48,315 bases of DNA from Promethearchaeota archaeon Loki_b31 (GTDB lineage: Archaea > Asgardarchaeota > Lokiarchaeia > Sigyniarchaeales > SOKP01): assembly GCA_005222975.1 (NCBI GenBank), contig NJBI01000024.1:1-48315 (forward strand), given 5' to 3'. The notes under the pieces were generated by a model. The model saw nothing but the letters and a program-made list of their open reading frames with translations. It had not been told where the DNA came from and did not search any database. Positions 34,936-44,853 of this stretch are shown one piece after another. The first letter of the stretch is position 1; each line of letters opens with the position of its first letter. The translations under genes were made by a program, and so were the position numbers.

Positions 34936-36300
34936 TTAAATTTTCAGTTTAAATCGTTCTACTAAAATTTTTATAGCGTATGCCGCTTCACGAGGAGTAT
35001 AAAAAATTGGAGCTTTTTCTTTTTTAGCAAATTTCTTTAGATCTTCAAAATCTTCTCCAAAAAAAATTAAAGGTATAATAGGTTTTAACCTCCCAGTTTC
35101 GTTCCAAGCTTTTAATATTCCACGATAATGCTCGTCAGATTTCATTTCTAAGAAAGGGGGAACTACCAAACATGGAACAACTATATCTATTTCTGAATCT
35201 TCTAACATAGCTTTGGTTATTTCGTAATACTGTTCCTCACCAGCAACACCTATCATATCAAGTGGGTTCTCTATCTTTACTAAAGATATCAAGTGAGGCG
35301 ATACTCTTTCTTTAAGTGTATCAGAAAATTCTACTAGTTTTAAATTAAATTCTTCCGCTTTATCACTGAATAAAACAGAGCTCCCTCCACTATTAGTTAA
35401 CACTCCTATCTTTTCACCTTTAGGAACTGGTAAAAAAGAGAATGTTTTTAAAGCGGTAATAAAATCGGAAGCATTTTCGCATAATGTTGCACCAGCTTGT
35501 TTAATGGATGTTTTCAACATTTTATAATTTGTTGCTATCGAACCTGTGTGGCTACTTGCCGCCTTCATTCCAGATGAAGTTCTTCCTCCTTTTAAGACAA
35601 TAATTGGTTTAATAGGAACAATAGATTTTAAAGATTTTAAAAATTTTCTTCCATCTTCAATCGTTTCCATGTAAATACAAATGATTCGGCTGTTAGGATC
35701 TTCCCTAAAAAATTCAAGAACTTCGACAAAAGAAATGTCAATGTTATTTCCAATATTAGCGAATTTTGAACATCCAAGATTTTCTCTTTCCATCGCATAA
35801 AAACTGGCACATCCGAACGAACCAGATTGGCTAATCATGCTAATAATTCCTGGGGGCGCTGCTTGAATAAACGATGCGTTAAGCCCTATATCTATATTTT
35901 GTATCCCTACACAATTAGGTCCCATAACTCGAATGCCCACTTTTGTACATTTTTCTGCGATTCGTTTTTCGGCTTTTTTACCTTCTTGATTAATTTCCCC
36001 AAAACCAGCGGTAACTATTATTATACATTTTACTTGTTTTTCTATGCATTGATCTATTACGCCATCAACTGCTTTTGCAGGGACTAAAATTATCGCGATA
36101 TCCACATCTTTTGGGACATCTAATATACTTTTATAACACTTTAATCCTAAAATTTCGTTGCTTTTTTGAGTTACAAGAAATAATTCGCTTTCTAAAATTT
36201 TATTCTTTAAAATATTAATCGTAACTGCGTTTCCGAACTTTCTAGGATTTGCGGTTGCACCTATTACTGCTATACTTTTAGGAAAAAAAAAATTATGCAT
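34936..36300 (-). CDS. acdA: Acyl-CoA synthetase (ADP-forming) alpha subunit
   Basis: Motifs FFPKSIAVIGA, GPNCVG, SQSG, KGGRT..G..AASSHTGS, TNSGG and NPLD. Confidence 0.92.
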   Translation of the reverse strand: MHNFFFPKSIAVIGATANPRKFGNAVTINILKNKILESELFLVTQKSNEILGLKCYKSILDVPKDVDIAIILVPAKAVDGVIDQCIEKQVKCIIIVTAGFGEINQEGKKAEKRIAEKCTKVGIRVMGPNCVGIQNIDIGLNASFIQAAPPGIISMISQSGSFGCASFYAMERENLGCSKFANIGNNIDISFVEVLEFFREDPNSRIICIYMETIEDGRKFLKSLKSIVPIKPIIVLKGGRTSSGMKAASSHTGSIATNYKMLKTSIKQAGATLCENASDFITALKTFSFLPVPKGEKIGVLTNSGGSSVLFSDKAEEFNLKLVEFSDTLKERVSPHLISLVKIENPLDMIGVAGEEQYYEITKAMLEDSEIDIVVPCLVVPPFLEMKSDEHYRGILKAWNETGRLKPIIPLIFFGEDFEDLKKFAKKEKAPIFYTPREAAYAIKILVERFKLKI

Positions 36301-38205
36301 TTAAGATTCAATCTCCTCATAAATTGCATTTTGAGGGCAAACATCGATACATACTTTGCACCCCCTACAAGTAGCTTGATCGATTATTACTTTTTCACTA
36401 TCATCAAAATTTAGTGCAGAACATCCAAATTTATTAACACATATAAGACACCCAACGCATTTGTCTTGATCTACTTTTACTATGGGTGGTTTTATATGTT
36501 GTACCCGAAGTTGATTAGCTTCTACTAAAGAACATAAGTGTCTAGAGATGAAAACTCGAACACCTTCAGCCTTAACAGCTATTTCTAGCTTTTCTATAGT
36601 TTTATTTAGATTGTTGGAATCTTCTACCCAAATCTTATCCGGAGATACGCCACATCCCTTTACGAGATCTTCTATAATTACGCGAATTCCCTGTTCTTTT
36701 GTGATCGTAATACCTGTACCTGGATTGTCTTGAAATCCCGTCATACTAGTTGACCTATTATCTAAAATAACAACTAAAATGTTATTTTTGTTATAAACAG
36801 CGTTTATTAAAGCGGGTATACCAGAATGGAAGAATGTGGAATCGCCTAATATTGCTAACACGGGATTTTTCTCCGGTTGTATTTTAGCAATTCCGTTTGC
36901 TAAACCAATAGAGCCCCCCATACAAACTTCAGTGTCTATTCCTTCAAGGGGTTTGTACACTGCGAGCGTGTAACAACCAATATCCGAAGAATTAACGAAC
37001 TTAGTTTTCATCTTCTTTTCTACTTGTTTAATTGCGTAAAAAGTTGCTCTATGACCACATCCAGGACATAAAATGGGAAGTCTTGGAGGTATAATCATCA
37101 TATTTTCTGGCACAAGTACTTTTTCGTAGGGCAATCCAACCAAACTAGCAACATTTTCTAAATAAATTTCTGCAGAGAATTCACCATTTTGAGGAAACAA
37201 GTCTTTACCATGAATTTTGAGTTCTTTTGAGATGCCTTCTTCTAATGCTAGTTGCTTTAAGATATTTTCAATAAATGGCTCTAGCTCCTCAACAACTACA
37301 ATTTCATCCGTAGAATCGAATAATTTTTTGATTAGTTTTTTAGGTGGAGGATAAACTAACCCGAGTTTTAAAATTGATACTTTATTAGTAATACCGAAAA
37401 AATTAAGAGCATCTAGCAATTGAGAGTATGGTATGCCAGCAGCAACAAATCCATATCTAACACCGTTAATTTTCTCTTTTGATAATTTTAACGAGTTAAA
37501 AGGAAATTCATCTGCAAATTCAGAGATGTCCTCTAACCTTTCTAACAATCTAACACGCAAAACTCGTGAGTGTGATGGCAAACAAACCCATCTGGAACGA
37601 TCCCAATCAAAACCGTAATCACGATTAATTTCTTTAACTTCTCCAAGAATAATGTCTCCTCTCCCGTGGTTCAACCTGGTTGTAGTCCGAAATAATACTA
37701 AAGAGTGATATTCTTCCGAAAAATCAAAAGCGTATTTTATCATATCTTTTGCTTCTTGTGGTGTCGCAGGTTCAAACACTGGTACTAAAGCGTGAAGCCC
37801 AAAATATCGATTATCTTGTTCATTTTGAGAAGAATAGCAATTAGGATCATCTGCCGAGATTACAACCATTCCACCTCGAGCTCCAGCATAGCAAGCCGTC
37901 ATGAACGCATCTGATGCGACATTTAACCCAACATGCTTCATTACCGCAACTGAGCGTACATTTGACATAGATCCGCCGTATGCTACTTCAAAACCTACTT
38001 TTTCATTAATACTCCATTCTAATTTGAGATGTGGAAAATATTTTTGCATTTCAGCTAAGGTTGGCAATATCTCGGACGATGGAGTGCCAGGATATCCCGC
38101 ACCAATGACAACGCCTGCTTCCAAAATTCCGCGAGCAATTGCTTCATTACCTAACATAACGATTTTTTTTCCGGGATTGTCTTCTGCATAGTATGGTTTA
38201 CTCAT
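36301..38205 (-). CDS. iorA: Indolepyruvate:ferredoxin oxidoreductase alpha subunit
   Basis: Motifs LGNEAIARG, YPGTPSSE, NEKV, MKHVGLNVA, LCPGCGHR, DIGCY, the TPP motif GDSTFFHSG and a C-terminal ferredoxin. Start at MSKPYY (38205). Confidence 0.96.
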   Translation of the reverse strand: MSKPYYAEDNPGKKIVMLGNEAIARGILEAGVVIGAGYPGTPSSEILPTLAEMQKYFPHLKLEWSINEKVGFEVAYGGSMSNVRSVAVMKHVGLNVASDAFMTACYAGARGGMVVISADDPNCYSSQNEQDNRYFGLHALVPVFEPATPQEAKDMIKYAFDFSEEYHSLVLFRTTTRLNHGRGDIILGEVKEINRDYGFDWDRSRWVCLPSHSRVLRVRLLERLEDISEFADEFPFNSLKLSKEKINGVRYGFVAAGIPYSQLLDALNFFGITNKVSILKLGLVYPPPKKLIKKLFDSTDEIVVVEELEPFIENILKQLALEEGISKELKIHGKDLFPQNGEFSAEIYLENVASLVGLPYEKVLVPENMMIIPPRLPILCPGCGHRATFYAIKQVEKKMKTKFVNSSDIGCYTLAVYKPLEGIDTEVCMGGSIGLANGIAKIQPEKNPVLAILGDSTFFHSGIPALINAVYNKNNILVVILDNRSTSMTGFQDNPGTGITITKEQGIRVIIEDLVKGCGVSPDKIWVEDSNNLNKTIEKLEIAVKAEGVRVFISRHLCSLVEANQLRVQHIKPPIVKVDQDKCVGCLICVNKFGCSALNFDDSEKVIIDQATCRGCKVCIDVCPQNAIYEEIES

Positions 38206-38818
38206 TAAAATCCCTCCGTATGTTTTTTCCTTTTTCAATTCCAATTTCAAATGCTTTTTTATTTACATTGTGTACTTTTGTTGGGAGATAGCTCAAAATA
38301 GCTTGTACAAGAGACTCCCTTTTAAGGGGAATAGCTTCTGAACCTAATAGAACGCCTAGCATTACAACATTCATAGTTCTAGGATTCCCCAAATTCATTG
38401 CCATCTCGTCAGCATTTATAAAATATATGTTTTGAGAAACATTCTTCAAAAATTCGCTTATTTGTTTTATATCTGGATAGTCCATACCCATTTGATGAAT
38501 CATAGGAGGGATAATGATATTCTCATTTATTAAAAAGACAGTTTTTGGTCCAGCATAATTAAAAATCCTAACCGCCTCACTTGCTTCAAAAGCCAAAATA
38601 GTGTCGGTTTTTCCTCGTGGAACAAGTGGTCCTTCCACCTTAGTACCAAATCGAAGATATGACGCAACTGAACCACCTCTCTGGGCCATACCATGCGTTT
38701 CTGCAGTCCTAACCTTATAGTCTTCCAATAAAGCCGCATATGAAAGAATTTGCGCTGCTCGAATCACGCCTTGGCCACCCACCCCTACATTCAATAAATT
38801 ATACCTTTCAATTTCCAT
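38198..38818 (-). CDS. iorB: Indolepyruvate:ferredoxin oxidoreductase beta subunit
   Basis: Motifs GVGGQG, ETHGMAQRGGSV and NVVMLG. Overlaps the iorA start. Confidence 0.95.
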   Translation of the reverse strand: MEIERYNLLNVGVGGQGVIRAAQILSYAALLEDYKVRTAETHGMAQRGGSVASYLRFGTKVEGPLVPRGKTDTILAFEASEAVRIFNYAGPKTVFLINENIIIPPMIHQMGMDYPDIKQISEFLKNVSQNIYFINADEMAMNLGNPRTMNVVMLGVLLGSEAIPLKRESLVQAILSYLPTKVHNVNKKAFEIGIEKGKNIRRDFNE

Positions 38819-39365
38819 GATTAAATTTCATCAAAAATTAAGAGATTTACTATCTTTAATAATTTTAATTAGGCTCTTAAATTTAATTAAATTATTCGTT
38901 ATTTACGATAATGGGAACATTTTCCCCCTCTCATTTCTATTTGTAAGTTAAAAAATATGGTTAAAAATCAAATAGAGAACAAATAAAAAGTTAAACAAAT
39001 TAGTATTTGAGTACGATGTATTAATCTCACATTTTATGACGCCTTTTTCCTTATTAAGTTCTTAATAAAATCGTACATTTTACAATTTTATTCTTAGCGA
39101 TCAAAAATTTTGTACACTAATTTGGATAATATTTTTGAAATAAATTGATTTTTGTCCCATGGAATTAGAGAAAAATATTTTTTTTTAATTAAAATTATGA
39201 GTTATCTTAGCAATTATATTTAATTCTAAGATTATATAGTTAAAATAATAGAGATATTATTTCAAACCAACTTATAACATGTAATTTTATTGAATATTCA
39301 AATAGAGCGTTTGTAAAATTAGCGAATTTTTCGAAATATTTTTATATCTGAATGATCTTTATTAT

Positions 39366-39490
39366 GATAGAAAATTTCGATTTTCTATTTGTAGTGGAAT
39401 GTTTCTATTTTAGCCCATAATTTATTCCTCCACGAATGAGTTTTTCCCGCTAAATATATTCGCATTCCATTACTAAATCTTTTTTTTCTT
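39366..39490 (+). ncRNA. Candidate structured small RNA or cis-regulatory element (strand uncertain)
   Basis: A 9-bp stem with a TTCG loop (39367-39388), then an 11-bp stem 39391-39401/39463-39473 enclosing nested stems. A TATA-like element lies about 25 nt upstream and a T-run lies downstream. Confidence 0.4.
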
Positions 39491-39741
39491 ACGCCTTGTA
39501 ATTCCTTTTTAATCGTAATTGAAAAGAAAATAGTAGCAAAAATATTATTATATTCATCGATCTAAAATATAGTACAAGTCAAAATAAAAGTTAGCGATAT
39601 AATTATAGAAAGTAATCTAGATCCAAATGTACTATCTTAAATAATAAAAATTTTAAATTCTTATTATTCTTCAAATTTATAATGAACAGTAAATTAAATA
39701 ACAAAAAGTATAAAAAAAACTAAAACTCGAGGTCGAATAAA

Positions 39742-40533
39742 ATGGGAAAATTTGATGGTAAAGTAGCCTTTCTCACGGGTGGAGCTTCTGGTTTAGCAGA
39801 AAGAGCCGCTAAGGATTTCGCAGCTGAAGGAGCAAAAGTGGTAATTCTTGATTTTGACAAAGAGAATGGGCTGCGGGTTGAGAAAGAAATTAAAGACGCA
39901 GGCGGAGAGGTCCTATTTATTGAGGGAGACGTACGAAAATCTGATTCGGTCGAAGCAGGGGTAAATAAAACATTTGAGAAATATGGAACGATTGATTTTC
40001 TAATTCATTCTGCCGGTATTTTAAAAGACGGAATGATACATAAATTATCAGAAGAGTATTGGGACGATGTGATAAATACGCATCTTAAAGGGTTTTACCT
40101 AACTTTACAAGCGTGTGCTAAGCGATGGATTGCCTATTGCAAGGAAAATCCAAAAGAAAGAATCGCTGATTATCCTGATAGGCGAGTAATTACAATCAGT
40201 AGTCAAGCTGCTGAGGGAAATATTGGTCAATTGAATTACGCTGCAGCCAAATCTGGGATGATTGGAATGGTTAAAACTGCAGGATTAGAATTAATTCGAT
40301 ACAATATACGATCCCACGCAATCATGCCTACACTTATCGAAACTCCGATTCTTGGTGAATTATTAAGTAAACAAGAAGGAAAATGGAGAAAATACTACTC
40401 AGGAAGAATTCCTTTAGGAATAGGTGAATCTAAATATGTTTCTCAAGTAATCTTATTCTTATGCAGCGATGCTGCGTGGTTTATGAATGGAGAGGTCATA
40501 GGAATAAACGGTGGCCGTCTAGATAAAGTCTAA
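39742..40533 (+). CDS. SDR family oxidoreductase (FabG/3-hydroxyacyl-CoA dehydrogenase-like)
   Basis: Motifs TGGASGLA, SAGILKD, SS and GQLNYAAAK (YxxxK). GAGG RBS upstream. Confidence 0.92.
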   Translation: MGKFDGKVAFLTGGASGLAERAAKDFAAEGAKVVILDFDKENGLRVEKEIKDAGGEVLFIEGDVRKSDSVEAGVNKTFEKYGTIDFLIHSAGILKDGMIHKLSEEYWDDVINTHLKGFYLTLQACAKRWIAYCKENPKERIADYPDRRVITISSQAAEGNIGQLNYAAAKSGMIGMVKTAGLELIRYNIRSHAIMPTLIETPILGELLSKQEGKWRKYYSGRIPLGIGESKYVSQVILFLCSDAAWFMNGEVIGINGGRLDKV

Positions 40534-40568
40534 AAACGAAAATATTTTATTTTTATTTTTTTATAATT

Positions 40569-41762
40569 TTACTCAGACTTAGTTTTTTTAAGTTCTTCAA
40601 TCAAAGCAGGTACAACTTTATGCAAATCGCCAATGATTCCATAGTGAGCTACTTGAAAAATCGGAGCAAGTGGATCTTTGTTAATTGCAACGATAATTTC
40701 TGAATTTTGCATTCCTACTAAATGTTGGATCGCTCCCGAAATTCCGCATGCAACATAGAGTTTTGGAGAAACAGTTTTCCCGGTTTGTCCAATTTGTCTA
40801 TCTTCGCCCAGCCAATTTAGTTCTACGGGAACTCTTGAACCTCCCAGTTCTGCTCCTAAGACATTAGCTAATTCCTCAATAATTTTAAAACCTTCCATTG
40901 AACCAACGCCTCTCCCTCCAGTAACAATTATTTCGGCGTCTTCTAGATTGACTTTCTCCTTTTGTCTTGCTATGATCTTTATGATTTTAGTTACTGTATC
41001 TTTTTCTTTAAATTCTTTTTCGATTTTAATAATTCTTACTTTTTTTTTAGCGGTTTTATCTGCTTTAAAAGTACCCGGTCTCACAGTTGCCATTTGTGGT
41101 CTGCTCGAAGGCGTACGAATGGTTGCCATGATATTTCCCCCAAATGTAGGTCTCGTTTGCATCAAATTACCCGTTTCCTCTTCGATATCTAACCCAGTAC
41201 AATCTGCTGTCAATCCGGCATTTAATCGCTTGGCAACTCGTGGAGCAAAATCTCTTCCTGTTGGAGTAGCCCCGATTAATATAATCTCCGGCTTATATTC
41301 GGTAATTAAATCGGTTAATGTGTTTACATACAAGTCCGAATAATAGTCTTTTAATATAGCAGATTTAACGTATATAACTTCGTCCACACCGTATTCACCA
41401 ACCTCTTCCAATTTATCGTCAAATTTATCTCCTAATATGACAAGAGTTAAATTCACATTTAATGTGTTTGATAACTCTCGTCCCTTCCCCAAGAGCTGAA
41501 ACGCAACTTTATGAATTTCGTTTTTATAATGTTCTGCTATTATCCAAACTCCTTTATACTGTGATTTATCCACCCTTTCGATTCGTTCTCCCCGTACCAA
41601 TGTAATGGCATCTACAGGGCATGATTCTATACACGCCCCACATAAATTACAGTCTTCAGTAAAAACAGCAATGTCATCGATAATTTCAACGCCTCCATAA
41701 GGACATGAAGTTAAACAAGCACCACAGCCTTCACATAAATCAGTATCTACAATAATACTCAT
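40569..41762 (-). CDS. etfA: Electron transfer flavoprotein alpha subunit with an N-terminal 2x[4Fe-4S] ferredoxin
   Basis: CEGCGACLTSCP and CNLCGACIESCP, then GLTADCT, RPTFGGN and QIGQTGKTV.PKLYVACGISGAIQH. Start at MSIIVD behind GGAGG. Confidence 0.95.
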   Translation of the reverse strand: MSIIVDTDLCEGCGACLTSCPYGGVEIIDDIAVFTEDCNLCGACIESCPVDAITLVRGERIERVDKSQYKGVWIIAEHYKNEIHKVAFQLLGKGRELSNTLNVNLTLVILGDKFDDKLEEVGEYGVDEVIYVKSAILKDYYSDLYVNTLTDLITEYKPEIILIGATPTGRDFAPRVAKRLNAGLTADCTGLDIEEETGNLMQTRPTFGGNIMATIRTPSSRPQMATVRPGTFKADKTAKKKVRIIKIEKEFKEKDTVTKIIKIIARQKEKVNLEDAEIIVTGGRGVGSMEGFKIIEELANVLGAELGGSRVPVELNWLGEDRQIGQTGKTVSPKLYVACGISGAIQHLVGMQNSEIIVAINKDPLAPIFQVAHYGIIGDLHKVVPALIEELKKTKSE

Positions 41763-41776
41763 CCTCAAACCTCCTT

Positions 41777-42586
41777 TCACAAAATTTTATCGTCTTTTAG
41801 ATTGTTAACTAATTCAGAAACCATTTCTTCTATAGTGCCATCCAATATGAGACGATCTCCTTTTCTTTGCGGAATAAATATTTTCCAAACTTCCGTCATC
41901 GACCCGTTTAATCCTACATCTGCTTTATTAGCGCTTAAATCTTCAGAATTTAAAAAATGAACTTCCTTTTCCTGATATGCTTTTACAATTCCTCCCATAC
42001 TTGGAGTTCGCGGCTTATTTATATTTTTTAATACAGAAATTAATACTGGTAACTTTGTTTCAATAACAACTACCTCTTCAGTTCTAAACACCCGCTCTAC
42101 AACAACAAGATCTTCGCTTTTTAACTGAAACTTTAATACATATGTTATTTGAGGGATTCCTAACTCTTCTGCCAATTCTGGTCCTACTTGAGCAGTGTCT
42201 CCATCAATTGCTTGAGTTCCACAGATCACAATGTATTTATCGCCTTTATCTACTTCTCTCAATATTTTTTTAATCGCCAAGGCTAGCGTGTGCGATGTAG
42301 CTAACGTATCTGCCCCAGCAAAAGCTCTATCAGTTAAAAGGTACGCTTTATCGACGCCCATTGATAATACTTCTCGTAAAGCTTGCTCCGTCTGGGGAGG
42401 TCCCATGCTTATTGCGATTACTTCACCACCGTAGCCTTCCTTAATTGAAAGCCCTAATTCGATCGCATGCTTGTCGTGTGGATTAATAATTGAAGGTATT
42501 CCTTCTCTTACTAATGTATTGGTTTTTGGGTCTATTTTGACCTCAGAAATACCCGGTACTTGTTTAATACAAACAAAGATTTTCAT
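41777..42586 (-). CDS. etfB: Electron transfer flavoprotein beta subunit
   Basis: Motifs VCIKQVP, SMGPP, DRAFAGADTLAT and AIDGDTAQVGPE. Confidence 0.95.
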   Translation of the reverse strand: MKIFVCIKQVPGISEVKIDPKTNTLVREGIPSIINPHDKHAIELGLSIKEGYGGEVIAISMGPPQTEQALREVLSMGVDKAYLLTDRAFAGADTLATSHTLALAIKKILREVDKGDKYIVICGTQAIDGDTAQVGPELAEELGIPQITYVLKFQLKSEDLVVVERVFRTEEVVVIETKLPVLISVLKNINKPRTPSMGGIVKAYQEKEVHFLNSEDLSANKADVGLNGSMTEVWKIFIPQRKGDRLILDGTIEEMVSELVNNLKDDKIL

Positions 42587-42753
42587 AGTTTCAAATATCC
42601 ATTTTTTAATGTAGTTAGATAGAATTAAATCGTCATTATGTTATATCAAATTATTAAAAGCCATTATAAAATCTTATTAAATTCATCAAAGTTATAGATT
42701 TTTTTAAGCTTATTGAAATAAATCTAAAAAAATTAGAAAATTGAAAAAATTAA

Positions 42754-43905
42754 TTATTTTTTCCTTAGCATATGATTAGCGATAACCAATCTTTGTATCT
42801 CAGATGTACCCTCATAGATTTCTCCCATCTTTGCATCCCGAAAGTATCTCTCAACAGCATACGCTTTCATTAAACCATAACCGCCGTGGATTTGAACAGC
42901 TTGGTGAGCTGCCATCATCGCAGCTTCAGAAGCTACAAGCTTAGCCATAGACCCAGACAATCCATAATCCATTCCTTGATCGCACATCCACGCAGCTCTA
43001 TAAGTTAATAACCGGGCTGATTCTATAGCAGTTGTCATATCAGCAATTTTCCATTGAATTCCTTGAAAACGCGATATTTTTTGTCCAAATTGTTCCCGCT
43101 CGTTGGCGTATTTAACGGCTGCTTCTAAACACGCTTGACCTAGCCCTACGCATTGAGAAGCTATGCTAATTCTACCGTAATCTAAGATTTGAAGGCCAAT
43201 CCTAAAGCCATTTCCAAGTTCGCCTAATATATTTACTTCGGGAACTCTAACGTCTTGAAATACTAACTCTGAAGTGTTAGATGCTCGAACACCTAACTTA
43301 TCTTCTTTCACACCTACTGAATAGCCAGGTGTGTCGGTATCTACTATAAAAATAGTTAATTGTTTTCTTTTATCTTTTTCGCCTGTTTTAGCAACTACTA
43401 AGAGCGTTTTTGATATCCCACCATTCGTTGCGAAAATTTTGCTACCATTTAGTATGTATTCATCTCCATCTTTCTCTGCGGTTAATTGAACGCCTCCAGC
43501 GTCAGAGCCCGCGTTCGCTTCAGTTAAACAGAAAGCGCCTATCTTATTACCTTTCGCAAGGTCAATTAGAAAATTTTGCTTTTGTTCTTCAGTTCCAAAC
43601 CTATAAATAGGATAAGCACACACACTTGCGTGAACTCCCGTAGTTATGGCCCAAGACGCATCTACTCGTCCTATCTCTTCAGTTAAAATCGCAAAACTTA
43701 TAGTATCGTTATGCAATCCAGCACCTCCATACTCTTCTGGAATACAAGAACCGAAGTATTTTAATTCTTTCATCTTCTCTAAAACAGTTGGGTCCAATTC
43801 AGATTTTTGATCGCTCTCTTGTGCCACTGGAGCAATATATTCTTCCGCAAATTCACGAGTTATTTTTTTGATCATTTTTTGCTTTTCAGTTAACGAAAAA
43901 TCCAT
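42754..43905 (-). CDS. Acyl-CoA dehydrogenase (butyryl-CoA dehydrogenase-like)
   Basis: Motifs FCLTEANAGSD, KLGVRAS, REQFG, QIHGGYG, ERYFRDAK and IYEGTSEIQ. Confidence 0.95.
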   Translation of the reverse strand: MDFSLTEKQKMIKKITREFAEEYIAPVAQESDQKSELDPTVLEKMKELKYFGSCIPEEYGGAGLHNDTISFAILTEEIGRVDASWAITTGVHASVCAYPIYRFGTEEQKQNFLIDLAKGNKIGAFCLTEANAGSDAGGVQLTAEKDGDEYILNGSKIFATNGGISKTLLVVAKTGEKDKRKQLTIFIVDTDTPGYSVGVKEDKLGVRASNTSELVFQDVRVPEVNILGELGNGFRIGLQILDYGRISIASQCVGLGQACLEAAVKYANEREQFGQKISRFQGIQWKIADMTTAIESARLLTYRAAWMCDQGMDYGLSGSMAKLVASEAAMMAAHQAVQIHGGYGLMKAYAVERYFRDAKMGEIYEGTSEIQRLVIANHMLRKK

Positions 43906-44030
43906 ATAAATCCTCTACTCTTTATTTATTTCGTATTTCATTACTTTAAATTATACTATCTTAAACGATTATATATTTTAGTAAGTAATTCTAATTAAAT
44001 TTAGTAGATCAAATGATATAATAGTCTTCT

Positions 44031-44798
44031 TTATTTTTTTTCTAAGAACGCCTTTAATTTTTCTTTAGGTTCTCCAGAAGTAAAAAGCTCGTGAAAAGCT
44101 TCTCCTTCCATTTGAAACCCCAGTTCATTATTATATATTCCCTTTTGAATCAATCGCTTACAAAGTGCAATTGCTCTACCTGAATTTTGTACCATCATTC
44201 TTGCCATTTCTTTGACTCGATTCTCAAGCTCCATCAACGGGACAACATCATTAACCAAACCCATTTTCAAAGCTTCTTGGGCGTCGATGATCCTTGAAGT
44301 GTATATAATATCTCTTGCTTTTAAAGGCCCTACTAAACGAATTAATCTTTGAGTTGCTCCTGCAGCAGGCGTCATACCCCATTTTGTCTCAACTTGCCCA
44401 AATCTTGCGTTATCGGCAGCAATGATAATATCTGCACACAGCATAAGTTCAAATCCCGCCGTAAGATTCAAACCTTTTATAGCCATTATAACGGGGATTG
44501 AAATGCTTTCAAACTTACCAAAAATTTTCTGTAACTTCCTTGTCATATCTTTTGCTTTAGATTCGTCCAGATTTACGAGCCATTTGATATCAAGCCCTAC
44601 GGTAAAAATATCGTCCATAGAAGTAGTGCAAACTAATACGCGAATTATGTTTAAATTTTGCTTTATTTCTTCTTCTAATATTTGGTCCAATTCATTAACG
44701 ACCTTAATATCAAATGCGTTTTTTTTATCCGGGTTATTAAGATAGAGCCAAAAGATGCCATCTTCGATTTTAGTCAGCCAGAATTTATAGTCTGCCAT
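44031..44798 (-). CDS. Enoyl-CoA hydratase (crotonase family)
   Basis: Motifs FTVGLDI, AGFELMLCAD and FGQVETKWGMTPAAGATQRL, with both catalytic Glu present. Confidence 0.9.
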   Translation of the reverse strand: MADYKFWLTKIEDGIFWLYLNNPDKKNAFDIKVVNELDQILEEEIKQNLNIIRVLVCTTSMDDIFTVGLDIKWLVNLDESKAKDMTRKLQKIFGKFESISIPVIMAIKGLNLTAGFELMLCADIIIAADNARFGQVETKWGMTPAAGATQRLIRLVGPLKARDIIYTSRIIDAQEALKMGLVNDVVPLMELENRVKEMARMMVQNSGRAIALCKRLIQKGIYNNELGFQMEGEAFHELFTSGEPKEKLKAFLEKK

Positions 44799-44853
44799 GA
44801 TTATTATGATATTTTTTAATTATTATTAAAACTAATTAATCATTAATTAAAGT

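Noticed and set aside
38819-39337. Hidden gene or tRNA in the first part of the long intergenic gap
   Set aside because: The stretch is very AT-rich, with no ORF of 60 aa or more in the track and no cloverleaf or T-loop motif seen.
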